A stretch of DNA of 64,000 nt, from assembly GCA_964016885.1 (NCBI GenBank), contig OZ024747.1, positions 32,054,001 to 32,118,000 of the forward strand, given 5' to 3'. Of this stretch, positions 63,080 to 64,000 are shown piece after piece. The position numbers were made by a program, and so were the translations under genes. The stretch's first letter is position 1, and every line of letters begins with the position of its first letter. The DNA comes from Eledone cirrhosa (lineage: Eukaryota). The notes under the pieces were generated by a model. It searched no databases. It saw nothing but the letters and a program-made list of their open reading frames with translations, and was not told the origin of the DNA.

Positions 63080-63655
63080 TCTGTCTCATGCTGAGAGGCT
63101 TATTAGGCCAGTGCTTATCCCAGTTTCCATGGTGTGAAGTGACTGAGAGTAAAATATGCCACCCTGGACAGGATATCATTCCAGCGCAGGGTTAAAGTCT
63201 GTCTCGAGCACAGAGGCTCACCAGGTCAGTGATTATCCCAGTTTCTGTGGTTTGAAGCAACTGAGAGTACAAAGCTCCCACTTGGACAGGATGCCAGTCC
63301 ATTACAGGGTTAAACCCCCATCTATTGCTGGTACCTATTTTCATATTTTCAGCTGAGTATCTGAGAGCAACATGAAATGAAGTGTTTTGCTCAGGAACAC
63401 AACACAACCCAGTCCAGGAATCAAACCCAAGACACTTTTATCGTAAGTCAAAATACCCTTACCACTAAGCCATACATCTCCACTATCTGGGACAACCCAG
63501 TCCAGGAATCAAACTCATGATATGATTGTAAGTCCAACACCCTTACAACTATTCCACATGCTTCTACTATATGGGACATCCCATTCCAGGAATCAAACCT
63601 ACGACATTGTTTGTAAGTCCAACACTATTACTACTAGAACACATGCTTCCACTTC
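63080..63655 (-). mobile_element. SINE family B with three tandem tRNA-like heads
   Basis: CCAG/ATTCCAGGAATCAAAC...GTAAGTC...ACCACTA block at about 63407, 63495 and 63580. Confidence 0.75.
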
Positions 63656-64000
63656 TTAAACTCCCCTAAAGCTAATCAATTTTAGGAAACATGTTCCTCT
63701 TTCTAAGGATAAACATTGTTTTCTTCACTCTTTGTTTGTCTCCGCTACCAAAGTCGGAATAAAATCAATTCGGAAGTTTCTTTCTTCCATATTAACTTTA
63801 TTTTAGGCTGACTCATTTCTTAGATGTTTTCACTTCACCATGTTTTGATTCACATCCTTCCTGGAGTAGAAGTTAATAAGGAAGTGAGAGAGGGAGACAG
63901 AACATGAAAGGATGAATGGAGGTAGGGTATAATAGAAGAATGAAGACAAAGATAGAGGGAGAAGGGGGAGAGATAGATAGGTCAAGAGCTTGTGAGTAAA

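Overview
AT-rich, repeat-dominated eukaryotic genomic DNA. The SINE and RTE repertoire and dense (TA)n/(CA)n tracts suggest a coleoid cephalopod such as an octopus (inference). Almost all long ORFs are decayed transposon ORFs or microsatellite/satellite artefacts. Contents: three near-full-length degenerate RTE LINEs whose RT carries an inserted C4HC3 (PHD-type) finger; two Penelope-like elements (PLEs) with RT and GIY-YIG domains; many tRNA-derived SINEs; a solo LTR; mariner-type MITEs; a DD37D (maT) transposon; Helitron-like elements; a 36-bp G-rich satellite; and a probable terminal coding exon of a host gene at about 51.1 kb. The most striking signal lies between about 5.6 and 21.3 kb. There, roughly a dozen sequence-unrelated short segments sit between (TA)n tracts, mostly as fold-back palindromes, and nearly every one contains an intact, degenerate or half type I hammerhead ribozyme motif (CTGANGA...GAAA...TH). 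Several have self-complementary minimal stem III, and several have unusually long stem II insertions. I read this as a hotspot of ribozyme-bearing PLE pseudo-LTRs or non-autonomous derivatives from many families. All structures were read by eye; nothing was computed or searched.
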